Part shown: positions 38,630 to 50,482 of the stretch, one piece after another
Layout of the letters: every line of letters begins with the position of its first letter
Position numbering within the stretch: position 1 is the stretch's first letter
Source: Schizosaccharomyces osmophilus
Taxonomy: Eukaryota
Length of the DNA stretch: 64,000 bases
Direction of reading: 5' to 3'
Assembly (NCBI RefSeq): GCF_027921745.1
Contig: NC_079238.1
Span: forward strand, 1,302,001-1,366,000
Position numbers and translations under genes: made by a program
Notes under the pieces: model-generated
What the model saw: only the letters and a program-made list of their open reading frames with translations
Databases searched by the model: none
Told to the model about the DNA's origin: nothing

Positions 38630-40449
38630 TTAGGCGCTGTAAAGCCATGGCTTCTCAACGACTAAGGAAGCATGCGAGGGAACCTCTGGAAGTGTAGAAG
38701 GCTCAAGCAATTCCCTATGGATGCAATTAAGAGCCTTCACAGCATTCTTCTCATCAATAACACACGAAATGTTAATTTCGCTAGCACCTTGACTTATCAT
38801 TTCGATGTTGATTTTGGCTTCAGCAAGGGTGTTAAACATGCGACCAGAAATGCCAACTGCGTTACGCATGTGTTTGCCTACAAGAGACAAAATACCCATA
38901 CCGTGCAAAACATCGAGGGTACCAAGACGCCGCAACTCGACGAAAGCATCTTGTAAACTAGCTTCATCGGACTCTTGATTTAGGGCCATAGAGACGTGAA
39001 CTTCGGACGTGATAATCAAGTCGACAGCAAGTTTATACTTGTCAAAAATGGCAAAGATAGAGGCCAAAAATCCATGTGAAGAAATTTTTCTGTTGGAATT
39101 AATGTTAATTACCATAATAGTGTCCTTGATAGTGACAGCAGTGGGACCCTTGTGTGCTGATTCGTATTCTAAATCATCAGGCATAATCTTGGGAGGATGA
39201 GGGGGGGTAGCACTACCATGACGAGAAATGGTATCAGGGAAAATCACAGTTCCAGGTGCACCAGGATTGCCGACATTTTTGATGCGAATGGGAATGCGAG
39301 CACTAATGACCTGAGACATGGTAAAAGGATGAATCACTTCACTACCGTAGTAAGTCAATTCAGCGGCTTCTTCAGGAGTAATCAAAGGAAGCAAGCGGGC
39401 AGTGGGTACCTTACGAGGATCGGCGGTAAAGATACCATCGACTTCTTTCCAAATTTGCAATTCATCTGCAGCCAAACCAACGGCTAATAAGGCAGCACAG
39501 AAATCAGTGTAACCGCGGCCGATTTGAGATAACAAGCTACCAGGAATCATACCAAAGAAACCAGTTACTACAGGGACCTTGTTCCCAAGCACAGTGACTT
39601 TGCTGGCTAACTGGCTGGCGACATAGCTATAAAAAGATGCATCGAGGGATTTCCACTCTTTATGCTCATCAAGGATATGACACATATCGACATATTCGGC
39701 ATCGACACCTTGGTCTTGTAAGACACCAGCCATAAAGCGACAACTCAAGCGTTCACCCATACCAAGAACAAGATCACGGGTACGGGGAGAAATTTCCGTA
39801 AGAATACGGATTGCGTTTAAGTATTGCTCCAATTCGGCACAGTCATGACGGATTTCTTTGAACAATCTTTCTTGGATACTAACATCTCCGATAAACTCAT
39901 GAGTTGCTTGTACATGATCCTGTTCGATGGCATTAACGATATCATAGGACGTTGAATGTTGTTTCATGGCTTGTTCGGCAGCGCGAATCAAGCGATTCGT
40001 GGTACCTTCTGCCTTTGTGTCAGTGCTACGAGCAGAGCAGACTAAAACAACACGCTTTTTCTGCAAGTATGATCTAAGCAATGTTAGCTTTGCACAAGGC
40101 AACAATTAAAAAGGTACAAAGGTTTCCCTATAGAAAGCCTAATCTAAATAATACACGCAGACAAAACTTCACACGTCCTAGACAGTAAAAATGGTTGTAC
40201 GAAATCCCATTTGGTCCGTTTACCCAATGGAAGCCTGCTAAGCCTCTCGTTTTTTTTTTTAACTTGCCAAGAATCTGCTAAACAACTGTCGCACTCTTAA
40301 ATTCCGCTTTCTCAAAGGATCTATTTCGATACTTACTTGGCAACATCGACTGCGATTTTTAACGGGAACTTTCCGATACTTGTACCACCAAATTTTTGGA
40401 CAACCCAGCCATTAACCGGGTTGTTGGCCAATTTCTCTTGAGTGCTCAT
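38630..40449 (-). CDS. hom3: Aspartate kinase; exons 40449-40337, 40073-38630
   Basis: Exon 1 WVVQKFGGTSIGK; GRGYTD, ADPRKVP, ELTYYGSEVIHP, ACT domains; 263-nt intron GTAAGT..CTAAC..TAG. Confidence 0.95.
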
Positions 40450-40981
40450 GGCCTAACGGTTTTGTTTTCAAAGTGTGAAAAGCACTTTCCAAGTTTATTC
40501 CCTACAGTTTCGTTGCTTTTAGTTTTTGATATAAATTGATAGCATATCATGTGGTAAATATCGTTAAAGCATTTATGGATGAATAGTGAAGTCAAACACA
40601 AAGGAAGAACAGGGAAAAGGGAATAATAGCAAAAGAAATGGAATCGATGGGATAGGATTGAAGTAGAAATCAAATAAAAAGAAATTGAATATTAACAGTA
40701 GATTTCTAGCTTTTAATGTTCTACGGAAAAAAAATAAATTCCTCTCGTTAAAGATAGATATGTAATTAAATATAGTCTCATTATGAATGCCAAGAAAAGA
40801 GTCGTCGCGAAAAAGCAAAAGCTATTGAAATATTCATGTCACACAGGAGTGAAAACATAAAACATGTTTTCAATTATCATACCAAAGTCAAGTCAAGCGT
40901 GAGGGCTAAAGAAGACATATTACTTTCTGTACCGCGAGATGGTCATAGGAATTTTCTGAATCAAGCAACTACTCAGCTACT

Positions 40982-42778
40982 TTAGGCTTTGTATTGAGTT
41001 GCCAATTGATTGTTGGGGGAAAAAACTCGGCCTTCAGTATTAAATTCTGAATGCAAAAAGGTCGGCAGCAAAAGACGGGGCCAATTAACGTATTGCATTC
41101 CATGAGAAATACAGTAGAAAGCAGAGGCCAAAACACCAAGGAAAGAAAGCAACAAAAGAACGTGAGGGGAAAGAACAGCCGTAGAAGATCTGGAAAACAA
41201 GGAAAAGAAAAACAGAAACACACATACTAGTAACACGTAAGGCATACAACGAATCGTAAGAGGGCGTAAATCAAGACGGTAATGAAAGTTGGAAGAAGGA
41301 ATAAAGCGGCCTAATACCAAATCATACGCATCCTGGCGAGCACCGTCGTAAAAGTTGTTGAAAAAGTATCGTTTAGCGGAGTTGATAAAGTCATCAAATG
41401 CACCTCGGCGAGTGCGAACTCCGGTGCGAGTAAAATCAGTCTTCAGGGCGCCGGTTCCGGAGTACGCTGTACTGATATGGTCAGCATTGTCAGCCCAAAT
41501 ACGACAGAAGCTCTTCTCCAAAGGAAGGATAGAGCGAAGAGGATGGGTTGCACCCAGTAAACCGCACTTTCGAAGCTGATTTGTCAAAACATGTCGGCCG
41601 ATGCAGCTTTGAACCACATTAGTTCGGTCAAGACAATCCATACAATTGCTGCGGACAACGCTGGTTTGTCTAGAAAGCACGCGATACTTTTGCGTGTCCA
41701 GAGTAGTATATCCTTGCTCGTCCAACTCTGGAAGAATTTCGTCCATGAGTAACGAAACACGGTCCCAGCGCATGCGGCTGCATTCCTTATGAAAGTCAAA
41801 ATAGTGGTAATGGATACGAGGGTTATCCAAACGTCGCACGACATTTTCATAAACCTGTTTGACAGGAAGCTCATGTCCTTTACAATTCACCAGATTTACT
41901 AAGATTTGGTCACCGTAAATAGCAATCTGTTCGTCAAAGTGCTTTTGTGCGGCCTTTGTAGCAAGAGATGCCGAATTGGTGATCATTCTCGGACGATAGC
42001 GAAGATTGTTCACTTCTGCCCAGTAAGCCGGAACACTTCCTCGAGTCTGAACATGAGAATATGTTATTTCAGAGCGATCATCCGAAACGATAGTGATTTG
42101 TTCAACTTCATTGAAATTGGCTGGATTTCCATTTTCGTCAATACCTCTAGTAAAATAACGTGTTCCTGCACGGAATTTTGATCTGCGAGAAATAAGTGCC
42201 AAGGTGACTGAACGACCTTTCACCATACTACTGGAGGAAGTGATGAAGCCATAAATCATAGGCGTAATGAATGAGGTTGCTTCGGGGTGTGCCTGAACGG
42301 CTTGAATGAAGTTTTTGCTGGCAAATTCGTTCCAAAAAAATCGGTTATCACTTCTAGAAACATCTGGATATTTGGTTTCTTCCGCACAAGATCGTTGTAA
42401 CGAGTTTGTTAGATCCCAAGTATAGCTAAAGTAAAAAGGGCCTGTTTTCAAATGGTTCTGCAGCAAATTGTATAAATCCAATTCATCTTGATCAGTTGCA
42501 AGTCGTCCCATGTAAGGGATCACTTCAAACTTCTCTACGCGATAAATTTTATGGCCCAAAATTTGAGCGGCGCTAGATCGTTCTGTGGCAAGAATTAGAT
42601 ACTCATCCTTCTTTAGCTTTATGGAGCCAAAAATTGTAACGCTGTTTTCACTCTTGCGGTCTTCCGAATCCAACTCCTCTGGCGTAATTTGGACACGTCC
42701 AGTCGCACGGTCAATTAACAAGCAGCAATCTTCGCGACGAAGCTTAAATTGCTTTTCTGTGGCTTCAAACTGCACCAT
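40982..42778 (-). CDS. sac11: Sac1-family phosphoinositide phosphatase
   Basis: RSNCMDCLDRTNVVQ catalytic motif, GTGALKTDFTRTG, two C-terminal TM helices. Confidence 0.92.
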   Translation of the reverse strand: MVQFEATEKQFKLRREDCCLLIDRATGRVQITPEELDSEDRKSENSVTIFGSIKLKKDEYLILATERSSAAQILGHKIYRVEKFEVIPYMGRLATDQDELDLYNLLQNHLKTGPFYFSYTWDLTNSLQRSCAEETKYPDVSRSDNRFFWNEFASKNFIQAVQAHPEATSFITPMIYGFITSSSSMVKGRSVTLALISRRSKFRAGTRYFTRGIDENGNPANFNEVEQITIVSDDRSEITYSHVQTRGSVPAYWAEVNNLRYRPRMITNSASLATKAAQKHFDEQIAIYGDQILVNLVNCKGHELPVKQVYENVVRRLDNPRIHYHYFDFHKECSRMRWDRVSLLMDEILPELDEQGYTTLDTQKYRVLSRQTSVVRSNCMDCLDRTNVVQSCIGRHVLTNQLRKCGLLGATHPLRSILPLEKSFCRIWADNADHISTAYSGTGALKTDFTRTGVRTRRGAFDDFINSAKRYFFNNFYDGARQDAYDLVLGRFIPSSNFHYRLDLRPLTIRCMPYVLLVCVFLFFFSLFSRSSTAVLSPHVLLLLSFLGVLASAFYCISHGMQYVNWPRLLLPTFLHSEFNTEGRVFSPNNQLATQYKA

Positions 42779-43589
42779 TTCTTCTTTATGTTCACCTTCG
42801 AAGACTGAATTGGCTTTCTCCGTGGTTGGTTAATGGTAAGTCGTATGCTCGCTGTATCCCGAGTGACCCGGTGGTCAGACGTTCCAAACGTACACATTAA
42901 CAGAGGAATTGACTTCATGTTTTGAAAAGGTTTAACGATTTAAGATGATCCTAAAATTCATATTTTATGTCTCCTCTCTTGTTGCATTGAATACGAGTAG
43001 CCAATATCCTTTGGAATTGTTCATACAGAATCTTCGTACACGGGAGAAAAGAAGATATTATTGCACATATAATTAAATCTAATTTGTAGAAGCCGTTTCC
43101 TCTGTTGTTCATCTGTTATTTGATTTCTCCTTGTATTCTCAAGTACCATCGTTATTTCAGTAACCTGCTGAATTTTCACTGACCACTACCAAGACCTTGC
43201 TAACAGCGCGAAAAGCACTGGAGGTCAATGAAACTAAGATATACTTACTTTTATTAATTTCCTGTAAGTTGCATATTCCTTAAAGTGAAAAGTACTTAGT
43301 TCTCGGTGTTTATTCACGCGTTCTTAGCGTTGTCATTTTTCATTTTTCTTTGAATCCCTTAATTTTGCATTGTTCGTCAATTCCATCAAAAAAAGTTAGG
43401 AAGAACAAAGAATAAGCAAGAAAAATATCTTAAATTGTACAACACTTTGACTGAATACTCCTTTTGGTTTTGTTGGAAAATTAGCACAACCCGCACCTTT
43501 CGCAGTCGGTCTTTGTATTTATCTTATATTGATTCATCTGTTTTACCTTTTACTTTATAGAAAAAAGGAGTTCAAAGATTCAGTTTATC

Positions 43590-45719
43590 ATGGATATTCA
43601 TCGTTGTCGTTTCGTCGAGTACACTCCTTCACCCATTACTGCTCTCGCATTTTCGCATCAACTCTCTTCACAAGATCCTTTACCGTCTAATTTACATTTG
43701 GCAGTTGGACGCGCTAACGGAAATATCGAAATATGGACACCAAAGGGGGACTGGTGTTTGAAGGGTGTCCTCTACGGCGGTATAAATCGAAGCGTTGAAG
43801 GTCTTGCCTGGAGTGTGAGTGATGAGGAGCTACGTTTATTTAGTATTGGATTCTCTACTTCCATCACCGAATGGAATTTACGAACCGGTAAGCCATTAGT
43901 GCACCAAGATTCTAACGCTGGTGCCATTTGGTCTATTTCGCTTCATGAGGAAACAAAAACTTTGGCTGTCGGTTGTGACGACGGTAGTTGCGTCTTGTTT
44001 GACATTAGTGGAGGACGTGGTGTTATAGAGTATAAACGCACCTTGATGCGACAAACTTCTCGTATCCTTTCTTTATGTTGGCAAGGAAAGAACCATATTG
44101 TCGGTGGATGTACAGATGGAATTGTCAAAGTTTGGGATGTTGAAAGTCCAAATTCCACAATTATAGCTCGAATGCAAGTTGATCGCGCTAAGAAAGGTAG
44201 TCGTTCCCTCGTATGGGATGTCAAACCCCTCAAAGATAATACAATTGTCACGGCGGATTCTTCTGGAGCTGTCAAGTTTTGGAACGGAAAGTATTTTACT
44301 CTTACCCAGTCGTTCAAGCTTCATTCGGCAGATGCACTGACTCTAGCTGTTTCGAGCAATGATAATATAGTGTTTTCCTCTGGTATTGATCGCAAGACGG
44401 TTCAGTATACCAGAGATGGTGGCAAGCGTGAATGGGTAAGCAATAGCTTCCGGAGATTTCACTCACACGATGTTCGCTGTATGTCAATCCTTGAATGCAA
44501 AACTGTAGATGTTTTAGTTTCTGGTGGTGCAGATATGATGCTTGCCGTGGTGCCTGTTCGTCACTTTAACGCTAAACATCATCGAATGATACCAGCTGTT
44601 CCACAAAAGCCTCGTATGGCAATTGCTACGAAAGCTCGTTTATTTATGTTGTGGGAGGATCATCAAGTTTTGGTTTGGAGAATTGGTTCTCCAGGTTACC
44701 GCTTTCTCTTGAAAATTGTTTTACCAAATGAAGAAAATATTGTCCACGCAGCGATATCCCAAGACGGAGAATTGCTTGCAGTATCTACAATTCTGACCAC
44801 TAAGCTCTACCGTGTACATTACACCGATGACAAAGTTTATGTGGAAAGTATTGAAGATCCCTTTTTAGCGAATGTTGGAGCAACCTTGTTACAGTTTACG
44901 GTAGACATGAAGAAACTCATTTTAATTAGCAACGAATCTGATATTTTCTTGCTTGACTTGAGTCGAATTGAAACTCATCAGCTTGAAGTTTATGAGGTAT
45001 CCCAACCGGAAACTAAGAAAGCACCTTCCAAATACAGAGGAAGTGGTCAAAGCGCATGCGAAGGGATTGCTACTGTCTCCGTATCTCCAGATGGCGATTA
45101 TTTCGCTGTTGCTGATTTGAATGGAAATACTTTTTGTTACTCATTTTCGACCTTGTCCTACATTGAATTACCCAGAGTTAACAGTTTTGTACGAGCCATG
45201 GCTTTTAGACTGGATATTCCTGGACGTTTGGCTGTGGTGACAGCAGGTAACCAAGTTTTCGAGTTTGATGTTCAAAGTCGAAAGCTGACCGAGTGGTCCA
45301 AGACAAATTCAAACAATATACCAAAGCCATTTGCCCATTTATTGGACAAGCCCTTTGGTGCATTCTTTGATATACAAAATCCTAGCCGATTTTGGATCTG
45401 GTCAGCAAACTACGTATCTTTCTTTGACTTAAATTTAGATCTTCCAGCCCCTCGAAATGCCGAAAAACGTAAAATGGACGGGACTGTTGATGGTGCTTCG
45501 TCAACAAAGCAACGCTCTGCTGTTCAGAATGCTACATCTTCATCCAAGTTTGGAACTGGTGCCTCAAGGTCATTTTGGATCACACATAAATATCGTCCTA
45601 TGTTATTGGCTGGCTTAGTAGGATCAACTGAGCTTCTTGTAATAGAGCGGCCCATAGCTGATATATTAATGAGCACGGATGTTCCAGGTACATTTAACGA
45701 GCATAGATTTGGCGCTTGA
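43590..45719 (+). CDS. utp4: WD40 SSU processome subunit Utp4
   Basis: MDIHRCRFVEYTPS..I.ALAFS N-terminus, WD repeats, HSHDVR, C-terminal FWITHKYRP...LLVIERP. Confidence 0.93.
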   Translation: MDIHRCRFVEYTPSPITALAFSHQLSSQDPLPSNLHLAVGRANGNIEIWTPKGDWCLKGVLYGGINRSVEGLAWSVSDEELRLFSIGFSTSITEWNLRTGKPLVHQDSNAGAIWSISLHEETKTLAVGCDDGSCVLFDISGGRGVIEYKRTLMRQTSRILSLCWQGKNHIVGGCTDGIVKVWDVESPNSTIIARMQVDRAKKGSRSLVWDVKPLKDNTIVTADSSGAVKFWNGKYFTLTQSFKLHSADALTLAVSSNDNIVFSSGIDRKTVQYTRDGGKREWVSNSFRRFHSHDVRCMSILECKTVDVLVSGGADMMLAVVPVRHFNAKHHRMIPAVPQKPRMAIATKARLFMLWEDHQVLVWRIGSPGYRFLLKIVLPNEENIVHAAISQDGELLAVSTILTTKLYRVHYTDDKVYVESIEDPFLANVGATLLQFTVDMKKLILISNESDIFLLDLSRIETHQLEVYEVSQPETKKAPSKYRGSGQSACEGIATVSVSPDGDYFAVADLNGNTFCYSFSTLSYIELPRVNSFVRAMAFRLDIPGRLAVVTAGNQVFEFDVQSRKLTEWSKTNSNNIPKPFAHLLDKPFGAFFDIQNPSRFWIWSANYVSFFDLNLDLPAPRNAEKRKMDGTVDGASSTKQRSAVQNATSSSKFGTGASRSFWITHKYRPMLLAGLVGSTELLVIERPIADILMSTDVPGTFNEHRFGA

Positions 45720-46061
45720 GGTGTTAATTTTGTTATAAAATTTTGAATAGGGAAAAGTTTTCTTGGGTAGGAAATGAATATATGGAATGGTTAAAGGAAT
45801 AACGGAAGATGAGAAGAAAGATAATATGCTTTCATAGAAGGTAAAGAAGTTTACGGCTTGAGCGCTTAGTATGTAAACCCCCGGAGTATCTATTGCTGGT
45901 AGGAAGCTATGAAAAAATAGAAAAAAATTCTCGGGTTTTAGAACATTGCTACACTAAGTAGAGAGTAATAAATCTTGTCAATATAGTCCATTAGTTACTG
46001 AGATTTTTGGAATTTTTCATAGAGACTGAATATCAGTATTTTTGAGAAATCTTGTATCAAG

Positions 46062-46843
<782 letters not shown>

Positions 46844-47688
46844 TTAGTTTTAAGAGAAAAAAATATATAGATAGCGTAAGTATTCAACGATAAAGGCTTA
46901 TTTAGATTGAGAAGACGCCTTTTCTTGTGTATGATTGGAATTCTTTGCTGGGTCGTTGTATATTGGTGAGTTTTCTGATCCACCAATTTGTAGAAGATTC
47001 GAAGTGAAGAACAGTAAGGCTTCAGTAGGTAAAATCGATTTTACTTTCTTGATCTTCTTTTTATTACTTCTCCCTGCCTACGGTCTGAATAGTCCTCCTT
47101 TGTTACAAATATCATATTCTTCCTAACACGATGATTTTTACAAGAATGTTTTTTTCATGAAAGCGTGAAAGCAATAATTTTCTTGAATCTTCAATCAAAA
47201 ATTTATATCTAGTGATAGTTTACAATGATTTAGGACTTCGAAAGTCCTAATTTACATTCGACTTCATCTCAGACTATGTACCCTTTGGTACAATAACCCG
47301 AGGAAATATACTATGAACAAAAAGAAAGGAGAGTTTTTAGCGTAGATATTTCATTCTCTAGCTCTGTAAGAAAGCGCTCTTACTATGCATTTGCACTGGA
47401 AATCAAAGAAGAGTTTCTTCTAAATTCGTTGTACGACTGCTGGTTATCGAATGGATACATTTTAAGCCTTTCTTCTTTATTGTTTTAATTTTTTGAAGAA
47501 ACACAAGCTGATCTGTGCAATACTTTCATACTACCTACATATGTGTATATTGTCAAAGTCGCTTATCCTTACTTTAATTACCTTTAGCATGAAAACGGGT
47601 AGCTACGCCCGATGAACAATCTCACGAAAATGGTAATCTGTTGAAAGTATGTGAAATTTTTATTATAAACATAATCATTATACTTCTA

Positions 47689-50121
47689 ATGCTGCCAGAG
47701 GGCTTATCCAGCCGACCTCTATACCTGGAACAGAAAAGTGAATCCAACAAACAGAAGCGTAGGGTCCCCGCCGACATACGAAAACGAGTTCGACATGCTT
47801 GTCTGGGTTGTCGATCAAAAAAAATTCGTTGTAGAGGTACGGAGCCGTGTCATTCTTGTGTTGCCTTAGGAATTCAATGTGTATATGCGGATGCAGAAAA
47901 GGAAAGATCTCCGTCCAAGCAATTCGTTGCAGAACTAAGTAAACGACAAAAATGTTTTGAATACTTATTTGAACATATTTGCCCTTCGATCCCTCAATGT
48001 ACCAAGGCTTTGGTCCAACTATGTAATAAATTAGAGTCTCATATGAAACAAGGAACACCACTTGCTTCTTTGGTCAAGCCTGCAACTATAGATGAAAGTC
48101 TTTGTAAATTTTCTTTGAATTCTGAAGAAGAGACTTCAGAAAAGTCTATGAATCAACTGAAAGTGAAATATCCCTCTGATTTTCGAGATCCTGCTCAATA
48201 CCCTCTGAACGAAAGTTCCTCCATCTTGGAACCTTCTGCGAAAACAACCGATCATACAATCAATTTTCTACCAAGTGAGCGTCTGTCTCATGATTCACTA
48301 GGACCACTTTTCATAGGTCCAACTTCATCTTCCATTCTTTTGGACGAAGTAGCTTCGTCCTTAAATATATTGGGATGCTCTTCCCCGAGCTTTGACCGGC
48401 TCTCACCCTCCGCGCAATTTTCGGAAGCATCTGAATCATCTTTACCTCAGCTTCTTCAGAGAGGTTTGGTCTCATCAACGCAACCTTCAAATCTGAAGTC
48501 CTCAAAGTTTTCATTACAATGCTTGGAGTCGTTGTCTCTTTTAGCCTGCCATATGCTACCTTCTCTAGCAACTGCAAGGCAACTCTCTGAATTTTTTTTT
48601 GTTCGTTTTCAATGCTTTCTGCATCTTTACCCAGCTTCATTGTTTTATAAACGATATCAAATCTTTTATAATTTTCCCAAATTGCCCAACAACTTGGATA
48701 TTAGCTTTCTTATTGTATCAATGAGCATTATGGCTCTTGGTCAATTGAGCGCGAATGAAGATGGAATTCATATAGAAGAACCTATGGAAGATATTACTGA
48801 GCTTTTTAACCTAAGTGAGCAATTATTGTTCTTTCTTTTGCCAAAATATAATGTATCCACAGTACAGGCACTAGCTTTTGTCGCATTTCAGTGTCTCTTA
48901 CTTGACAGAATTAAAGAAGCTTTTTCTTATGTAGGATTAGCTTTTCATATAGCTCGGGTCATTGGGCTAGAAGTGTCGGATTCTACCGAGACCTTGAACG
49001 ACTCAGTTACTTCAGAAATCAATACAAGGTTACTGTGGTCTCTTCGTGTGCTTTCTTCTTTCTTGTTTCTCCAGAAAGGAATTACCCCTATAGTTACTTT
49101 GTTTTCGGAATACGATTTTTGTTCCCCAAAGCTGCCAAAAATAATGCCCGAGTTGGAAATTCCTCTTTTTCCATCAACGGTTTCTCATTTTACATCAACA
49201 ATCAAGCTCTTCTCTGTTGCAGTTCCTTCGTTGCTATCAATATACAATCTAACGGGATTTTGCATCGATCAAAAGCAAGATTATGCTGCTCTTTTATCCA
49301 AGGTCAAGGGTGCTTCTAAAAAAATAGAAGAATGGAAGACAAAACTCCCGTTTCAACTAGAAATAGAAAAGGGGAAATATGACCAATCGAATCCTTTATT
49401 TCATGGAAGCATCTTCTTGCATCTTTTGTATCATCATTTCAGCCTTCTACTTTTTGAACCCATCTTTTTATATCATTTACACTTGAATTCTAATAGCCTT
49501 TCTTCACAGTCGTTATTATTTACGGAGTCCGCGCCCATAGTCCCAGAATCGGATTCATGTATTAAGTCTGTACAGTCCATTTTGTCACTTGTGTCATTAT
49601 TGCAAGAGAATGGTCAATTAGAAAATTGTTTTTCTCTGGAATATGAGATTTTGTATACGGCAGCTTCGATGTGTCTTTTGTTAAGCGCTACAAAATTCAC
49701 GGATGATAGGCATCTATCAAAGTGCATTCGCCTTTTAAAGAGCATGGGATCTGTCTCCATTAACACCCACGAAAAATTAAGGAAGCTAGAAACAATAGCC
49801 TCAAGGTATCAAAGCGAATATACAAACGCGCATCAAAAGGCAAGCTCTGTGGGTAACGAACCTCCGCCCGAACTTCCCCAAGTACAAGAAGGATATCTGG
49901 CTTGGAAAACCTGGATACAAGAGCTATCCAACGACTCAGACTTACCTGTCGGTCATTCATTAAATGCAAAATCCAACTCTAACTCTTTTGGAATGGATTC
50001 ACATTCCAATTATGAAAAGTACCAGTCGTCTCCTGAATATACTACAACTTCATATCATCCCTTTCTTTCATGGCATGAAGCATTGCTTAACATGGATATA
50101 GAGTCGAATAACCTTAGCTAA
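47689..50121 (+). CDS. thi5: Zn(II)2Cys6 transcription factor with fungal TF domain (Thi5 by synteny); 5' end uncertain, first in-frame ATG at 47689, possible upstream exon
   Basis: ACLGCRSKKIRCRGTEPCHSCVALGIQC binuclear cluster, FIGPTSS, middle homology region (AFHIARVIGL...RLLWSL). Confidence 0.8.
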   Translation: MLPEGLSSRPLYLEQKSESNKQKRRVPADIRKRVRHACLGCRSKKIRCRGTEPCHSCVALGIQCVYADAEKERSPSKQFVAELSKRQKCFEYLFEHICPSIPQCTKALVQLCNKLESHMKQGTPLASLVKPATIDESLCKFSLNSEEETSEKSMNQLKVKYPSDFRDPAQYPLNESSSILEPSAKTTDHTINFLPSERLSHDSLGPLFIGPTSSSILLDEVASSLNILGCSSPSFDRLSPSAQFSEASESSLPQLLQRGLVSSTQPSNLKSSKFSLQCLESLSLLACHMLPSLATARQLSEFFFVRFQCFLHLYPASLFYKRYQIFYNFPKLPNNLDISFLIVSMSIMALGQLSANEDGIHIEEPMEDITELFNLSEQLLFFLLPKYNVSTVQALAFVAFQCLLLDRIKEAFSYVGLAFHIARVIGLEVSDSTETLNDSVTSEINTRLLWSLRVLSSFLFLQKGITPIVTLFSEYDFCSPKLPKIMPELEIPLFPSTVSHFTSTIKLFSVAVPSLLSIYNLTGFCIDQKQDYAALLSKVKGASKKIEEWKTKLPFQLEIEKGKYDQSNPLFHGSIFLHLLYHHFSLLLFEPIFLYHLHLNSNSLSSQSLLFTESAPIVPESDSCIKSVQSILSLVSLLQENGQLENCFSLEYEILYTAASMCLLLSATKFTDDRHLSKCIRLLKSMGSVSINTHEKLRKLETIASRYQSEYTNAHQKASSVGNEPPPELPQVQEGYLAWKTWIQELSNDSDLPVGHSLNAKSNSNSFGMDSHSNYEKYQSSPEYTTTSYHPFLSWHEALLNMDIESNNLS

Positions 50122-50275
50122 GGTATGCGATTTGTTTTGGGATTTTTTCAACCTCTATGTCCTTGTTACATCATTTTTTCTATTTATTTTATATATTTAA
50201 CTGTTTTACATAATCTAAATGAAATGCCCTATTGAGTTTTACATCCCTATATTTGGTTTCTGTCAGCCTTATCCT

Positions 50276-50296
50276 GTAAACAACCCACCTGTTTAC
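50276..50296. promoter_or_regulatory. Two inverted forkhead (FLEX-core GTAAACA) sites upstream of the orphan gene
   Basis: GTAAACA(A) at 50276-50282 and TGTTTAC at 50290-50296, 7 bp apart, about 190 bp before ATG 50483. Confidence 0.55.
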
Positions 50297-50482
50297 TACA
50301 ACAACACGAAGACAATTTCCGAAGTTTGACTTTCTAGAGAATATCTCTAATCTTTAGGCAATTTAAATAACAAATCAAAGATTTATAACCATTAACTTGA
50401 TTAATCACTGTGAACTGCATATATACAAAACGATTGTGAAACCTCAAAGTTGCTACTCAATCCTCGAATTGTTTAATGAAAC

